DNA of 58,440 nt. Origin: a virus. Taxonomy: Duplodnaviria > Caudoviricetes. A model generated the notes under the pieces. That model was not told the DNA's origin. It saw only the letters and a list, made by a program, of their open reading frames with translations, and did no database searches. Of the stretch, positions 9,674-19,600 are shown one piece after another. The DNA lies in the IMG/VR virus record IMGVR_UViG_3300027757_000006, positions 1 to 58,440 of that record. One strand, given 5' to 3'. Both the position numbers and the translations under genes were made by a program. Positions within the stretch are counted from its first letter, which is position 1. Each line of letters starts with the position of its first letter.

Positions 9674-11406
9674 GCCTGAGGTGGTCGTCAGCAACTGATC
9701 AGTTGTATGCGGTGAGCAATAGTTCACCTTCCCTTGACTTGGATTTTGCAAGCAACAAGAGCTTGCTAGACAATATCAGCGGCTTCCCATTAGTCAATCA
9801 CCAACGTGATGCTAGTAGCGGCAAAAGTGCTGGGACGTATGTTGACAGTGATGGGTTGATTAAGACCAGTCCGGTTAATTACGCTATCAACAGTGAACAG
9901 ATAGACCTTTGGACTCCAAGCGGGGGAAGCATCTCAGCTAATTTTGCAGAATCACCTATTGGGGATTTAACGGCTGATAAATGGATCCCTGATACTGCTA
10001 GTAGCTATCATTATCCAAAACTAATAACCACCTTATCATCTGCTAGTTCAGTTACTTATAGCATCTATGCAAAACAAGCAGGCTATAGGTATTTATTAAT
10101 AAACACGACTGATGGCAGTTCGTCGGGCAACGGTGGCCCTGTTGTTGACTTGCAAGATGGTGAAGTTGCCAGCAACTACACAGCAACTTACCCAACGACT
10201 GTTACAGATGCTGGTAACGGTTGGTGGAGGGTTGCTATGACATTTACTGGAAACGGAGTTAATATAATTGTAGACCATAATCCATTACCAACATCAACCA
10301 TTGCCGCATATTCCGGTGATAATACTTCTGGTGTTCTTCTGTGGGGCGCTCAACTACAAGAAGGCACAACCGCCACTGACTACATCCCAACAGGTGCAAC
10401 GATTAGTGGAGCACCACGATTTGATCATGACCCCGTGACTGGTGAAAGTCTGGGGTTGTTGATTGAAGAGGAACGGACAAATTACTGTACCGGTGACTTT
10501 AATGGAACCTTAGGAGACGGGGGCTTGCAAACTCTGCCTTCTGGCGTGAAGGCACCTGATGGCTCCACTGCAGCATATCTCCTCCTTCCAGGGGTGACGC
10601 GGTTGTGGTTTGATGGTTTGAATAGTGTAAATATAGGCATCAGTGGTAAAGCAGTCCTTTCATACTATGCTTATTCAGTGAATAATTCAATAATACTACG
10701 CCCTAACGCTTTTAATACTTCATACACTAATGTAGTATCAGACACAATTCCTGGTCAATGGGTGAGGATCTACGCTGTTGTTGACTTAATAAATGGTGTT
10801 TTACAATACAGAGTTACTCCGTACAACACCACTATATACACACAAGCGGAGTATGACGCTGGAGAAAGAGTTTACCTGTGGGGATTTCAAGTAGAAATAG
10901 GCAACTTCCCAACCTCCTACATCCCCACAACCGGCAGCACCGTAACGCGCTCACCTGACATCGCATCGATTGAAGGGACGAACTTTAGTAGTTGGTATAA
11001 CTCAACAGCTGGCAGCTTTTATGCAGATGTAAAAGCTTATGGTACTTCTACTGGATCTTCAAGGATCATTGGGACGGATCAAATTGCAACGCCACTTTAT
11101 TACAACACTACTGCTGATACTATAAAATCTTATGGCAATACTGTGGGGCCAACTGTATCTGGCCTTATTGCTTTTGGCCGTCATAAAGCAGGAATGGCCT
11201 ACGCAACTGGTGATGAGGCTATCTCCGTAAATGGAGGAACTGTGGCAACATCAGCAGTAGGCTTTAATAATACCTCAAACACAGTAACCGCAGTTGCTTT
11301 ATTTGCAGTGACATCAGGCTCAGAAAAAACAACCGGCCACATCACCCGCCTTGCCTATTACCCCTACCGTCTTTCTGACACCATTTTGCAGGAGATTACA
11401 TCATGA
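9670..11406 (+). CDS. Head spike/fibre protein (paralog 1)
   Basis: PSLDLDFA, PRFDHDPVTGESLGLLIEE and FPTSYIPT..VTR motifs; lectin-like beta domains. Confidence 0.75.
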   Translation: MSLRWSSATDQLYAVSNSSPSLDLDFASNKSLLDNISGFPLVNHQRDASSGKSAGTYVDSDGLIKTSPVNYAINSEQIDLWTPSGGSISANFAESPIGDLTADKWIPDTASSYHYPKLITTLSSASSVTYSIYAKQAGYRYLLINTTDGSSSGNGGPVVDLQDGEVASNYTATYPTTVTDAGNGWWRVAMTFTGNGVNIIVDHNPLPTSTIAAYSGDNTSGVLLWGAQLQEGTTATDYIPTGATISGAPRFDHDPVTGESLGLLIEEERTNYCTGDFNGTLGDGGLQTLPSGVKAPDGSTAAYLLLPGVTRLWFDGLNSVNIGISGKAVLSYYAYSVNNSIILRPNAFNTSYTNVVSDTIPGQWVRIYAVVDLINGVLQYRVTPYNTTIYTQAEYDAGERVYLWGFQVEIGNFPTSYIPTTGSTVTRSPDIASIEGTNFSSWYNSTAGSFYADVKAYGTSTGSSRIIGTDQIATPLYYNTTADTIKSYGNTVGPTVSGLIAFGRHKAGMAYATGDEAISVNGGTVATSAVGFNNTSNTVTAVALFAVTSGSEKTTGHITRLAYYPYRLSDTILQEITS

Positions 11407-12776
11407 CTTTAGTTCCACAGCATATTATCCTTCAGTCCCCAGCGTCTAATGATCCGTTGCTGGACCTTAATACACAACCAAGTCTTGACCTGCAGTTTGC
11501 TACAGGCAAGACACTTAATGATCGAGTAAGCGGTAACAACTTAATCACGTTTAGTCGTGCAGATGCTACTACCTGTGCAACTTATGTTGATAGCAATGGT
11601 GTTATTCAAACTGCTGCTGCAAATGTACCCCGCTTTGATCATGACCCCGTGACTGGTGAAAGTCTGGGGTTGTTGATTGAAGAGAGTAGGACGAATAAAC
11701 TTGCACGTAGCGAGGAGTTCGATAATGCTTATTACACAAAGGCATTTGTAACCGTCACACCTGATCAGAGTGCTGCCCCTGATGGTAATACAACCGCTGA
11801 TCAAGTCCTGCCTACAACTAATGGCAGTTATCACAGAATAACTAAAAGCGGTCTTTCTGTTTCCGCCCCTTGTGTTCTTAGCGTGTTCGTGAAAGCAAAC
11901 GGTTACAATCACTTTCAGCTTAGGACTCGTGGTAGCAGTAATAGAGCCACGGTATTTGATGTAAGTGATGGAACTATTACGCAAGAGATGGAGGCCAGTA
12001 TTGGAGAAACGAATCTAGGTAATGGTCTGACTCCAGTTGATTACGGTAACGGCTGGTGGCGTTTAAGCATGTTACGAACGGACACCGACACAATCACAGC
12101 CGTTGACCTTTCTGTTTTAGATACAGGAACACCCGGCAGTCAGGTTTATGTGTTTACAGGTGACGGTACGTCAAGTGTTTTCTGCTGGGGAGCAATGCTA
12201 GAGCAAGGTTCCTTCCCAACCTCCTACATCCCCACCGCAGGTACAACCGTAACCCGTGCTCCTGAGCTTGTAAGTATCCTTGGGGCGGATTACACGTCTG
12301 TGTTTGGCACTGACTTGGGTGCCGGTACTGTCTTTACTGATGTCAAAGTACTTGGGGAGAAAGGCAACACAAATACTGGTTATTTTAGTTCGTTCAGTAC
12401 CAACGATAACAACTCTTTTACTACCTTTACCGCATATGACAACCGTCTTACTGTTGGGATAACAACGCCTAACGCCAATATTGATAGATATAAAGATCTA
12501 ACTGGGGTACGTGTTAAATCTGCTGTCTCTTGGAATGATCTTGAACAACCAAGGGATGACCAAGACAACGCTAGCCATGCTTTGGATGGGACATTATATG
12601 GGGGGTTCCAATACAGAGGGTCTGGGACCCCATTAAATACAGAATATGACCGTTTTGGCATAGGAAGAGCTATACGGGCAATAACTACTTTCGGCTCAAT
12701 AAACGGCCACATCTCCCGCCTTGCCTATTACCCATACCGCTTGGCTGACGCCACTTTACAGGAGATCACATCATGA
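11403..12776 (+). CDS. Head spike/fibre protein (paralog 2)
   Basis: Same motifs as 9670-11406, with DNA blocks identical between the two genes. Confidence 0.75.
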   Translation: MTLVPQHIILQSPASNDPLLDLNTQPSLDLQFATGKTLNDRVSGNNLITFSRADATTCATYVDSNGVIQTAAANVPRFDHDPVTGESLGLLIEESRTNKLARSEEFDNAYYTKAFVTVTPDQSAAPDGNTTADQVLPTTNGSYHRITKSGLSVSAPCVLSVFVKANGYNHFQLRTRGSSNRATVFDVSDGTITQEMEASIGETNLGNGLTPVDYGNGWWRLSMLRTDTDTITAVDLSVLDTGTPGSQVYVFTGDGTSSVFCWGAMLEQGSFPTSYIPTAGTTVTRAPELVSILGADYTSVFGTDLGAGTVFTDVKVLGEKGNTNTGYFSSFSTNDNNSFTTFTAYDNRLTVGITTPNANIDRYKDLTGVRVKSAVSWNDLEQPRDDQDNASHALDGTLYGGFQYRGSGTPLNTEYDRFGIGRAIRAITTFGSINGHISRLAYYPYRLADATLQEITS

Positions 12777-13966
12777 GTTGGATTATTACTAGCGATCAGG
12801 TCAGCCCTCCTGGCGATGCTGCAATTACTTATGGCATCACAAATGCTGGCGGTGTTTTTAACCTTAGGTCTACAGGCACTGTTGATTATGAAGCTGAATG
12901 GGGCGATGGTAATGTTGAGATAAGCACACTTAACGTATTACCTCACACCTATACTGCTGGTGATTATTCAGTGGTTGTTTATAGTGATGGGGTTTATAGG
13001 CCGTATTTCAATAACGTATCCGCTGATGCAAATCAGATTACTTCTGTTGCTATTGGTAGTGGAGCTAATTTAGGGACTAGCCTAGATTCTGCTTGGGAAA
13101 CCGCAATTAACCTAGCAACGTTTACATGCCCATTTGATGCAACAAGTTCGGTTACAAACTTTGTTGACTCTTGGCGACGTTGCAACAGCCTAACAAGCTT
13201 CCCGTTAATTGATACTTCTAGTGGTACAAGCTTTTCTTACGCTTGGTACAACTGCTCCAGCCTAACAAGCTTCCCATTATTAAATACTTCTAGTGGTACA
13301 AGCTTTTTTGCCGCTTGGAGCAACTGCTCCAACCTAGCCAGCTTTCCATTATTAATTATGTCTAGTGGTACAGACTTTGGTCGCGCTTGGAACAGCTGCT
13401 CCAGCCTAACTAGCTTTCCATTAGTAAATACTTCTAGTAGCGCAACCTTTGCTGCCACTTGGGAGGGGTGCTCCAACCTAGCCAGCTTTCCATTATTAAA
13501 TATGTCTAGTAGTACAAGCTTTGTTTACACTTGGAACAACTGCACCAGCCTAACTAGCTTCCCATTAGTAAATACTTCTAGTGGTACAAACTTTACTGCC
13601 ACTTGGGCCAGTTGCTCCAGCCTAACTAGCTTCCCATTATTAAATACTTCTAGTGGTGCAGACTTTAGAAGCGCTTGGGCATTCTGTAGTTCTCTATCAG
13701 ATTTCCCCGCCAACATGTTTGACACGACGGGAGCACTTATTGCTGCTGCTTTTAATAACGCTTGGAGAAACTGTGCCCTCACTGCACAATCTATTGAGAA
13801 CATCCTTGTCTCACTAGACACTAATGGTGCTACTGGTATCACGCTTGGCATCGACGGCGGAACTAACGCTGACACCTCCACATGGTCAGCGGCTGCTAAT
13901 GCAGCGTGGCTTAGTCTTGACGCCAAGGGCTGGAACATCAATCAGAATGGACCTGATCCTACCTAA
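12773..13966 (+). CDS. BspA/DUF285-like leucine-rich repeat surface protein with PKD-like N-terminus
   Basis: EWGDG..HTYTAG PKD-like motif and ~8 copies of a 22-aa repeat NCSSLTSFPLLNTSSGTxFxxAW. Confidence 0.8.
   Translation: MSWIITSDQVSPPGDAAITYGITNAGGVFNLRSTGTVDYEAEWGDGNVEISTLNVLPHTYTAGDYSVVVYSDGVYRPYFNNVSADANQITSVAIGSGANLGTSLDSAWETAINLATFTCPFDATSSVTNFVDSWRRCNSLTSFPLIDTSSGTSFSYAWYNCSSLTSFPLLNTSSGTSFFAAWSNCSNLASFPLLIMSSGTDFGRAWNSCSSLTSFPLVNTSSSATFAATWEGCSNLASFPLLNMSSSTSFVYTWNNCTSLTSFPLVNTSSGTNFTATWASCSSLTSFPLLNTSSGADFRSAWAFCSSLSDFPANMFDTTGALIAAAFNNAWRNCALTAQSIENILVSLDTNGATGITLGIDGGTNADTSTWSAAANAAWLSLDAKGWNINQNGPDPT
13180..13710 (+). repeat. 66-bp coding tandem repeats, ~8 copies
   Basis: Recurring agcttcccatta..aatacttctagtggtaca unit with period 66. 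Confidence 0.85.
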
Positions 13967-13977
13967 TCGTAAGAAGC

Positions 13978-14265
13978 ATGGCATTTACCGAAGATCTAAG
14001 TATTTTTTTAAGCACATCAGATTTTGCGGTGCCAGTTGTTGCTGGTGCAATCTCAGGGTTCGGTATTCTAGACATGCCTTCAGAAATCATTGCTGATGGG
14101 GTTGTGCTTACGACTGACTACAAGCTGACTTGTGAGTCTTCAAAATTCAAGAATCTGCTTCACAGCGATGCAATAACAGTGGATAGCGTAAACTACACCG
14201 TAAGAAGCGCGAATTTGATTGATGACGGAAGCTTTGTTGAGTTAATGCTGATGAAAAACTCATGA
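13978..14265 (+). CDS. Head-tail joining protein (gpFII-like)
   Basis: Size, ITVDSVNYTVR..DDG motif, synteny. Confidence 0.7.
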   Translation: MAFTEDLSIFLSTSDFAVPVVAGAISGFGILDMPSEIIADGVVLTTDYKLTCESSKFKNLLHSDAITVDSVNYTVRSANLIDDGSFVELMLMKNS

Positions 14266-14690
14266 CTACTAGACGTGAACAAATCTTGGCCCAGATCGCC
14301 ACAACCTTAGCCAGCACGGCTGGAGTTGATGGGAGGGTGTATCGGTCAAGGGTTACCGCAGCAGCCAGGGCCGAGACGCCAATGGTTGTTATCGAGCCAG
14401 TAAATGACGTTGCGCAGCAGCAAACATCATTACCAAAACTTGACTGGACGATGCGGGTAAGAATAGTCGTAATCACCAGGTCAACGACTCCTTACACGGA
14501 TGCAGATTCAGTAATTGAATCAATGCACTCAAAGCTTATGGCTGATTTGACTCTTGGGGGTTATGCAATTGACGTGCAGCCTGCTCTGACAAGCTTTGAG
14601 TTTCTTGATGCAGACCAGCCTGCTGGCGTGTTTTCTAATGAGTACGACGTTAAATACAGAACATCAGTAGCAGACCTTACCGTCTACTAA
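14262..14690 (+). CDS. Tail terminator/completion protein (gpU-like)
   Basis: RREQILAQI, RVYRSR and LMADLTLGG motifs; synteny. Confidence 0.75.
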   Translation: MTTRREQILAQIATTLASTAGVDGRVYRSRVTAAARAETPMVVIEPVNDVAQQQTSLPKLDWTMRVRIVVITRSTTPYTDADSVIESMHSKLMADLTLGGYAIDVQPALTSFEFLDADQPAGVFSNEYDVKYRTSVADLTVY

Positions 14691-14715
14691 GGTTTAAGCA
14701 GTTGCAAGGATTACG

Positions 14716-14952
14716 ATGAAAGACGAGTACAGCGGTCAAGGTGGGTCGTATCTTCTCGATCCAGAAACCGGAAAGCGCACTCTGATTCAGCGAACACTTC
14801 CCGCCGACCCCCAACAAGAAAATGGCACCACTTCTTCTACGGAAACGACTGATTCTGATCGAAACAGAGTCGAGCTACGGAGTCGATCCGACTCCAACAG
14901 GAACCGACGCGGTTTTGGTGAGAGATCTGAACATCACCCCACAGCAGAGTGA
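14716..14952 (+). CDS. Small hypothetical protein overlapping the tail tube gene
   Basis: N-terminal GQGGSYLLDPETGKRTL looks protein-like; the 3' part overlaps the next gene. Confidence 0.55.
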   Translation: MKDEYSGQGGSYLLDPETGKRTLIQRTLPADPQQENGTTSSTETTDSDRNRVELRSRSDSNRNRRGFGERSEHHPTAE

Positions 14953-15760
14953 TGTTGTTAATCGTGATCTGATCCGTCCTTATTTGGGCGCTTCTGAGCA
15001 ACTGCTGGCTAACACTCGCGTTGAATGTACATTCAGCGTTGAGCTTGCAGGATCCGGGACTGCTGGAACTGCGCCTCAGTACGGCAAAGCACTGCAGGCT
15101 TGTGGCCTTAGCGAAACTGTTGCTGCTGGAACTTCGGTGACGTATGCGCCAGTGAGCGCATCTTTCAGCTCGGTCACCATTCACTACAACATTGATGGCG
15201 TTCGTCACAAAGTGACTGGTGCTAGAGGAACATTCACCTTGAATGGATCTGTTGGAGAAATCCCTACGATTGACTTCACCTTCACTGGTATCTATAACGC
15301 TCCTGATGATTCAGCACTGCCTAGCGTTACTTACGCAAACCAGGCAACACCGCTGATCTTTAAGAACGGCAACACAGACACATTCTCCTTGCTCTCTTAC
15401 TCTGGCTGTCTTCAGTCAGTGAGTATGGACATCGGCAACACAGTCGTGTATCGCGAGTTGATTGGTTGCACGAAGGAAGTGCTGATCACTGATCGCAGTG
15501 CCAGCGGTAGCGTGAGCCTTGAGATGATCTCGATTGCCACGAAGGACTATTTCACTGCTGCTTTGACTGACGGCACGCTAGGCGACTTGACGTTCCAGCA
15601 TGGCACCACTGCTGGGAACATTGTTGATTTTTCGAGCAGTCAAATCGACATTGGTGATGTGAGCTATGCCGACCAAGACGGCATTGCGATGCTGAACATC
15701 CCATACACCGCGATTCCCTCAACAGCAGGGAATGATGAGTTCAGCTTGGTGTACACTTGA
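14822..15760 (+). CDS. Major tail tube protein
   Basis: IETESSYGVDP, ELAGSGTAGTAP and GNDEFSL motifs; upstream of TAC and tape measure genes. Confidence 0.88.
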   Translation: MAPLLLRKRLILIETESSYGVDPTPTGTDAVLVRDLNITPQQSDVVNRDLIRPYLGASEQLLANTRVECTFSVELAGSGTAGTAPQYGKALQACGLSETVAAGTSVTYAPVSASFSSVTIHYNIDGVRHKVTGARGTFTLNGSVGEIPTIDFTFTGIYNAPDDSALPSVTYANQATPLIFKNGNTDTFSLLSYSGCLQSVSMDIGNTVVYRELIGCTKEVLITDRSASGSVSLEMISIATKDYFTAALTDGTLGDLTFQHGTTAGNIVDFSSSQIDIGDVSYADQDGIAMLNIPYTAIPSTAGNDEFSLVYT

Positions 15761-15831
15761 TCTGTCGCAGCTCTGCCCTAGGACGCTAGGAACAGCATCT
15801 GACTTGCACCCCCGGCAGGGGCCGCACCCGC

Positions 15832-15866
15832 CAAAGCCTCCGACCCTCACCGGCACGGGGGCTTTG
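15832..15866 (+). terminator. Stem-loop after the tail tube gene (terminator/attenuator candidate)
   Basis: CAAAGCCTCCG...CGGGGGCTTTG inverted repeat; weak U-tract. Confidence 0.5.
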
Positions 15867-15946
15867 TGCTGTATAAGCATTCTTTTTGGCTCTACATTGC
15901 GGAGGGATTTTTATTGCTGTAGGCTAATTGCAGTTAAATTTGCTCA

Positions 15947-16273
15947 ATGGCATTCGTTCGCAAAAGGGTTAAAACTTTCAAGTGGCCTGTAACCGTGGAA
16001 GAACCTGCTGACGGTGGGGTCTTTGATGACTCTAGTTTTGATGCGGTGTTTAAGCGGGTGCCACGGTCCGAGTTCCAGAAGCTTGCGGATAAAGGCGACC
16101 TCGATTTGCTTAAAGCAGTGATGACTGGATGGGAAGGAATCGAGGATGAAGACGGAAAACCGTTGCCGTTTTCCCAGGCAGCAATGAAAGAATTTGCTGA
16201 TGATCCATATTGGATTCGTGGTGTCCTGAAGGCTTACACCGAAACTTTTGAAGGCGCGAAACTGGGAAACTAA
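15947..16273 (+). CDS. Tail assembly chaperone (gpG-like)
   Basis: TGWEGIEDEDGKPLPFS motif; ends in slippery G GGA AAC TAA. Confidence 0.88.
   Translation: MAFVRKRVKTFKWPVTVEEPADGGVFDDSSFDAVFKRVPRSEFQKLADKGDLDLLKAVMTGWEGIEDEDGKPLPFSQAAMKEFADDPYWIRGVLKAYTETFEGAKLGN
16264..16270 (+). promoter_or_regulatory. -1 ribosomal frameshift site GGGAAAC
   Basis: X XXY YYZ heptamer; the -1 frame is open from 16270 into ORF 16351-16617, as in lambda G/GT. Confidence 0.85.
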
Positions 16274-16617
16274 AAGATGCCGTCAAGTATTGGGCGAATG
16301 GCGGCAAAAGAATAGAGGACAAGAGTGCAGATGACGCTGCGGCATTTGGATTGAAGCCGCAGCGTCAGGCCGCTCCTGAAAAGGAGCACTTTGAGGTATG
16401 GGAAGAAAACTGGGATGCGTTGATGATGTTCTTGCGAATGCAAACGCAATGGACCGTCACGATGGGAGGTTACGTTGGATTGAAATATGAGGTTTTGCTG
16501 GGTGCATCAGGGCTAATGTCCCTTTATGATGTAAGCAATCCCCGTGAGATGCTGGAGAGCCTTCAAGTAATGGAAGCTGCTGCACTCTCTGAGCTGAACA
16601 AGAAAGATGGCAAGTAA
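16270..16617 (+). CDS. Tail assembly chaperone frameshift extension (gpT / DUF1799-like)
   Basis: FEVWEENW..F..MQTQW..GLKY..LQVMEAAAL motif; in the -1 frame of the TAC gene. Confidence 0.82.
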   Translation, partial: LKDAVKYWANGGKRIEDKSADDAAAFGLKPQRQAAPEKEHFEVWEENWDALMMFLRMQTQWTVTMGGYVGLKYEVLLGASGLMSLYDVSNPREMLESLQVMEAAALSELNKKDGK

Positions 16618-19600
16618 AACCGTTTCGCCTGTTGATATTAAAATTAAGGTCACAGGCGCAGAACAGCTTGCGTCCTTAAAAAGCTCGTTCCGAGATTTAT
16701 CAAAACAGACAAAACTTTCTGATATAAGTATTGTTCAAGCAGCTAAAGATATTAGAAATTTTGCCGCAGAAGCTGGCAACAGCGAAGCGACAGTAAGAGG
16801 ACAGATTAAGGCGCTTGAGGGTTTGCGCCAGCAAGCCGCCATGGGCGGCAGGATGTATAAGTTTCTTGCTGCAAAAATTGGGGATTTAGGGCTAGCAATT
16901 AAGGGGTCTAGTACGCAGATAGAAGAGCAAAGATCCGCGTTACTAGAAATTGGGTCCGCCGCTTCTTCTAGTTCGGCGCAAATAAAAAAAGCAATTGACG
17001 GTCTTAAGCAATTAAGGAATCAAGCGTCTCAGGACTCTCAAGCATTCTTTGGGCTTTCAAAAGAAATTGATGAGTTGACAAAAAAAGTTAACTCACTTGA
17101 CGCTGCACTAGAACAAAACGCAAGCCGAAACAGGGCTAGGGCTGCTTCTGTCTCAGGAGTCTTAGCAAAGTATGAAGCTGCTGCAAGAAAACAAGCTCAA
17201 GCCGCAAAAGAGAGAGAGGAAATTGTTAGAGGTGAAGTCATAGCTCTTAGCGAAAAAGGTAAGGCTACCGAAGAGCTTGCAAAGAAAGAAAATCAATTAA
17301 CTGCAGCGATAGCGAGAAGGAAGCAGCTAGGCATTCAAGAGACTGCTCGCGAGGCTAGAAGATCAGTAAGAGCTGGTGCTCAAGTTTATACAGGCAACGT
17401 AGAACTTGGCCCTATAGATGCGCTTGATCAGCGATTAGGTGATCTACCGGCTACAACTGCTGCTTTTTCTCAAAGGCTCACTGAACTGCAAGATCGGTTG
17501 ATAAATACTGTTAGGTCAAGCGATCAATATGTTGCTGTTGCTTTGCGTATTGCACAGGTGCAGCGAGAGGCAACAGCAACGGCTCAGGGGTTAGGCGCTG
17601 CGCTGGTAAAAGATTTAGCTAGCGGCAATACAGTTAGAAATCAAAAGAATCTGCGTGAAGCTATTGGCCAGCTTCAGGCTGAGATGAATGAGCTGAATAC
17701 AGAAACAGCTGAAGGTTCATCTAAGTATGCAGAAAACGCAAGGCAGGTTAATAATTTACAGAAAGAATTGAACGAGATCGCTGGCAGTTACCGCAATGTG
17801 ACTGACATGGCGAGGCAGGCTTCTACTGCCCAGGGTGTTTACGCGAACACCTCTGTAGGTGGCAACTATCTTCGTCGAGGTATTGTCAGGCAGCAAGAGG
17901 CTGCTAGGGCTGAACTTGGTGCAGCCGTTAGGGCAGGCGTGGCTTCAACGCCGCTGCTGTTGCCTGCTGCCGGTCAGACCACGGCTCCGGGTACTGGGCT
18001 AGCTAGAAGCGGAATGGCTCGCGGAGTCTTCGATTTAACAGGCAATGTCACTAGAGCACGACCAGTCCCCGCTGACTTCCCCGGCTTAAAAGAAGACGCA
18101 GCTGCGTTACCAACAGCTGCGACTGGCGTAAATGCCGCTTTAGGGATGAGCGAGCCAATAAAGAAGCAAGCAAATGCGCTAAGAGAAGCTGCTGCTGCGT
18201 ATAAGCCATATAACGCAGAGATAAGAAAGGCTAAAGCCGCAAACAATGGAAGCATTTCTGGCATAAATAACCTTAAAGCTGCTCTGGAAAGGAAGCGCAA
18301 CGAGCTGCCTACAACCACGGCTGCATTTAAGCGTTTAACCCAGCAAATTGAAAACCTTGACAGGCAGTCGGAAAAAGCCAGCCGAAGGATGAGCCGCCGT
18401 AAGTTCTCTCCCGGTAAGGCCGCCCAAGTTGCTGGTGCAACGATCTCCGGCGGTATTTTCGGTGGACCTGAAGGGTTCCTGGGTGGCGCAATTGGTGGCG
18501 CAGTTGGTGGTGTTGGCGGGTCTTTTGCTGGTGCTGCACTTGGCGCTCAGGTAGGTCAGCTCAGGCAGCAGCTTGGTGGGTTTGCTGAGTATGCGGCGAG
18601 CATTGAGAAACTCAAAATTGCGTTGAATGGTATTGCAGGTGACGCAAGTAATTACAACCAAGCACTGCAAGCCGCTGCTGATGTCACAAAAGAATTAAAC
18701 ATTCCACAAGAAGTTGCTATCAGAGGGATCACTCGACTTACAGCAGCAGTAAAAGGTGCTGGCGGTGGCATTGCTGATGCAGAGCTTGCGTTCAAGAACA
18801 TTAACTCTGCAATTATCGCTACGGGTGGCGGTGCAGAGCAGGTTGAAGGAGCCGTAACTGCGCTCGTTCAGATTTTCTCGAAGGGCAAAGTCAGTGCAGA
18901 AGAGATCAATCAAATTGCAGAAAGACTGCCTGGCACATTTAACAAAATTGCTGAAGCGTCAGGCAGGACCGGCCCAGAGCTGACAAAAGCCTTGCAAAAA
19001 GGCGAGGTGGGCCTGAATGACCTGATGAAGTTCTTGGTTCAACTGGGTGGTGAATACGGCGAATTGGCTAAAAAGATTGCCGGGTCTTCCGAGTCAGCTG
19101 GAGCAAGACTGACGGTTGCATACGACAAAATGCGGCTTGAGATAGGTAAGGCTCTTCAGCCAATCGGTGCTGAGTTTCAGGAAGCGTTTTTGGAATTTAT
19201 TACTGATATTGGCCCAAGCCTGGTGGTTATGGCGAAGGCTGTTGGAGAAGGGATGCGTTTTATTATTCAAAACAGAGGTGCGATATTGACTATTGCATCT
19301 TTCGCGGCAAAGCTTGTCGCCGTGAATTTTGCACTAAAAGCGTTTGTTGCTTTAAGTGGGCCACTAAAACTTATGTTCGCATTAATAAGAACTGGGTTCA
19401 GACAAACCACTCAGCAGGCGTCTCTTGCCGCGACAAAGCTGGCCAGGTTTGGAACGACAGTGAAAACTTTAGCTGCATCCTTAGCAGCGCCAATCGTAAT
19501 AAGCTTTGCCATTGTTGGCGCAGAGCTGGTTATATCTTACTTCAATAGAATTAAGCAAGCAAAAGCTGACCTTGACGCTTCTGGCACAAAACCTCAAGGT

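Noticed and set aside
9670-13966. Diversity-generating retroelement acting on the fibres
   Set aside because: No reverse transcriptase and no TR/VR pair with adenine-specific differences; the shared blocks are identical and coding
15732-15992. 86-aa ORF as a frameshift extension of the tail tube
   Set aside because: No slippery site, no Ig-like character, and it overlaps hairpins and the TAC start
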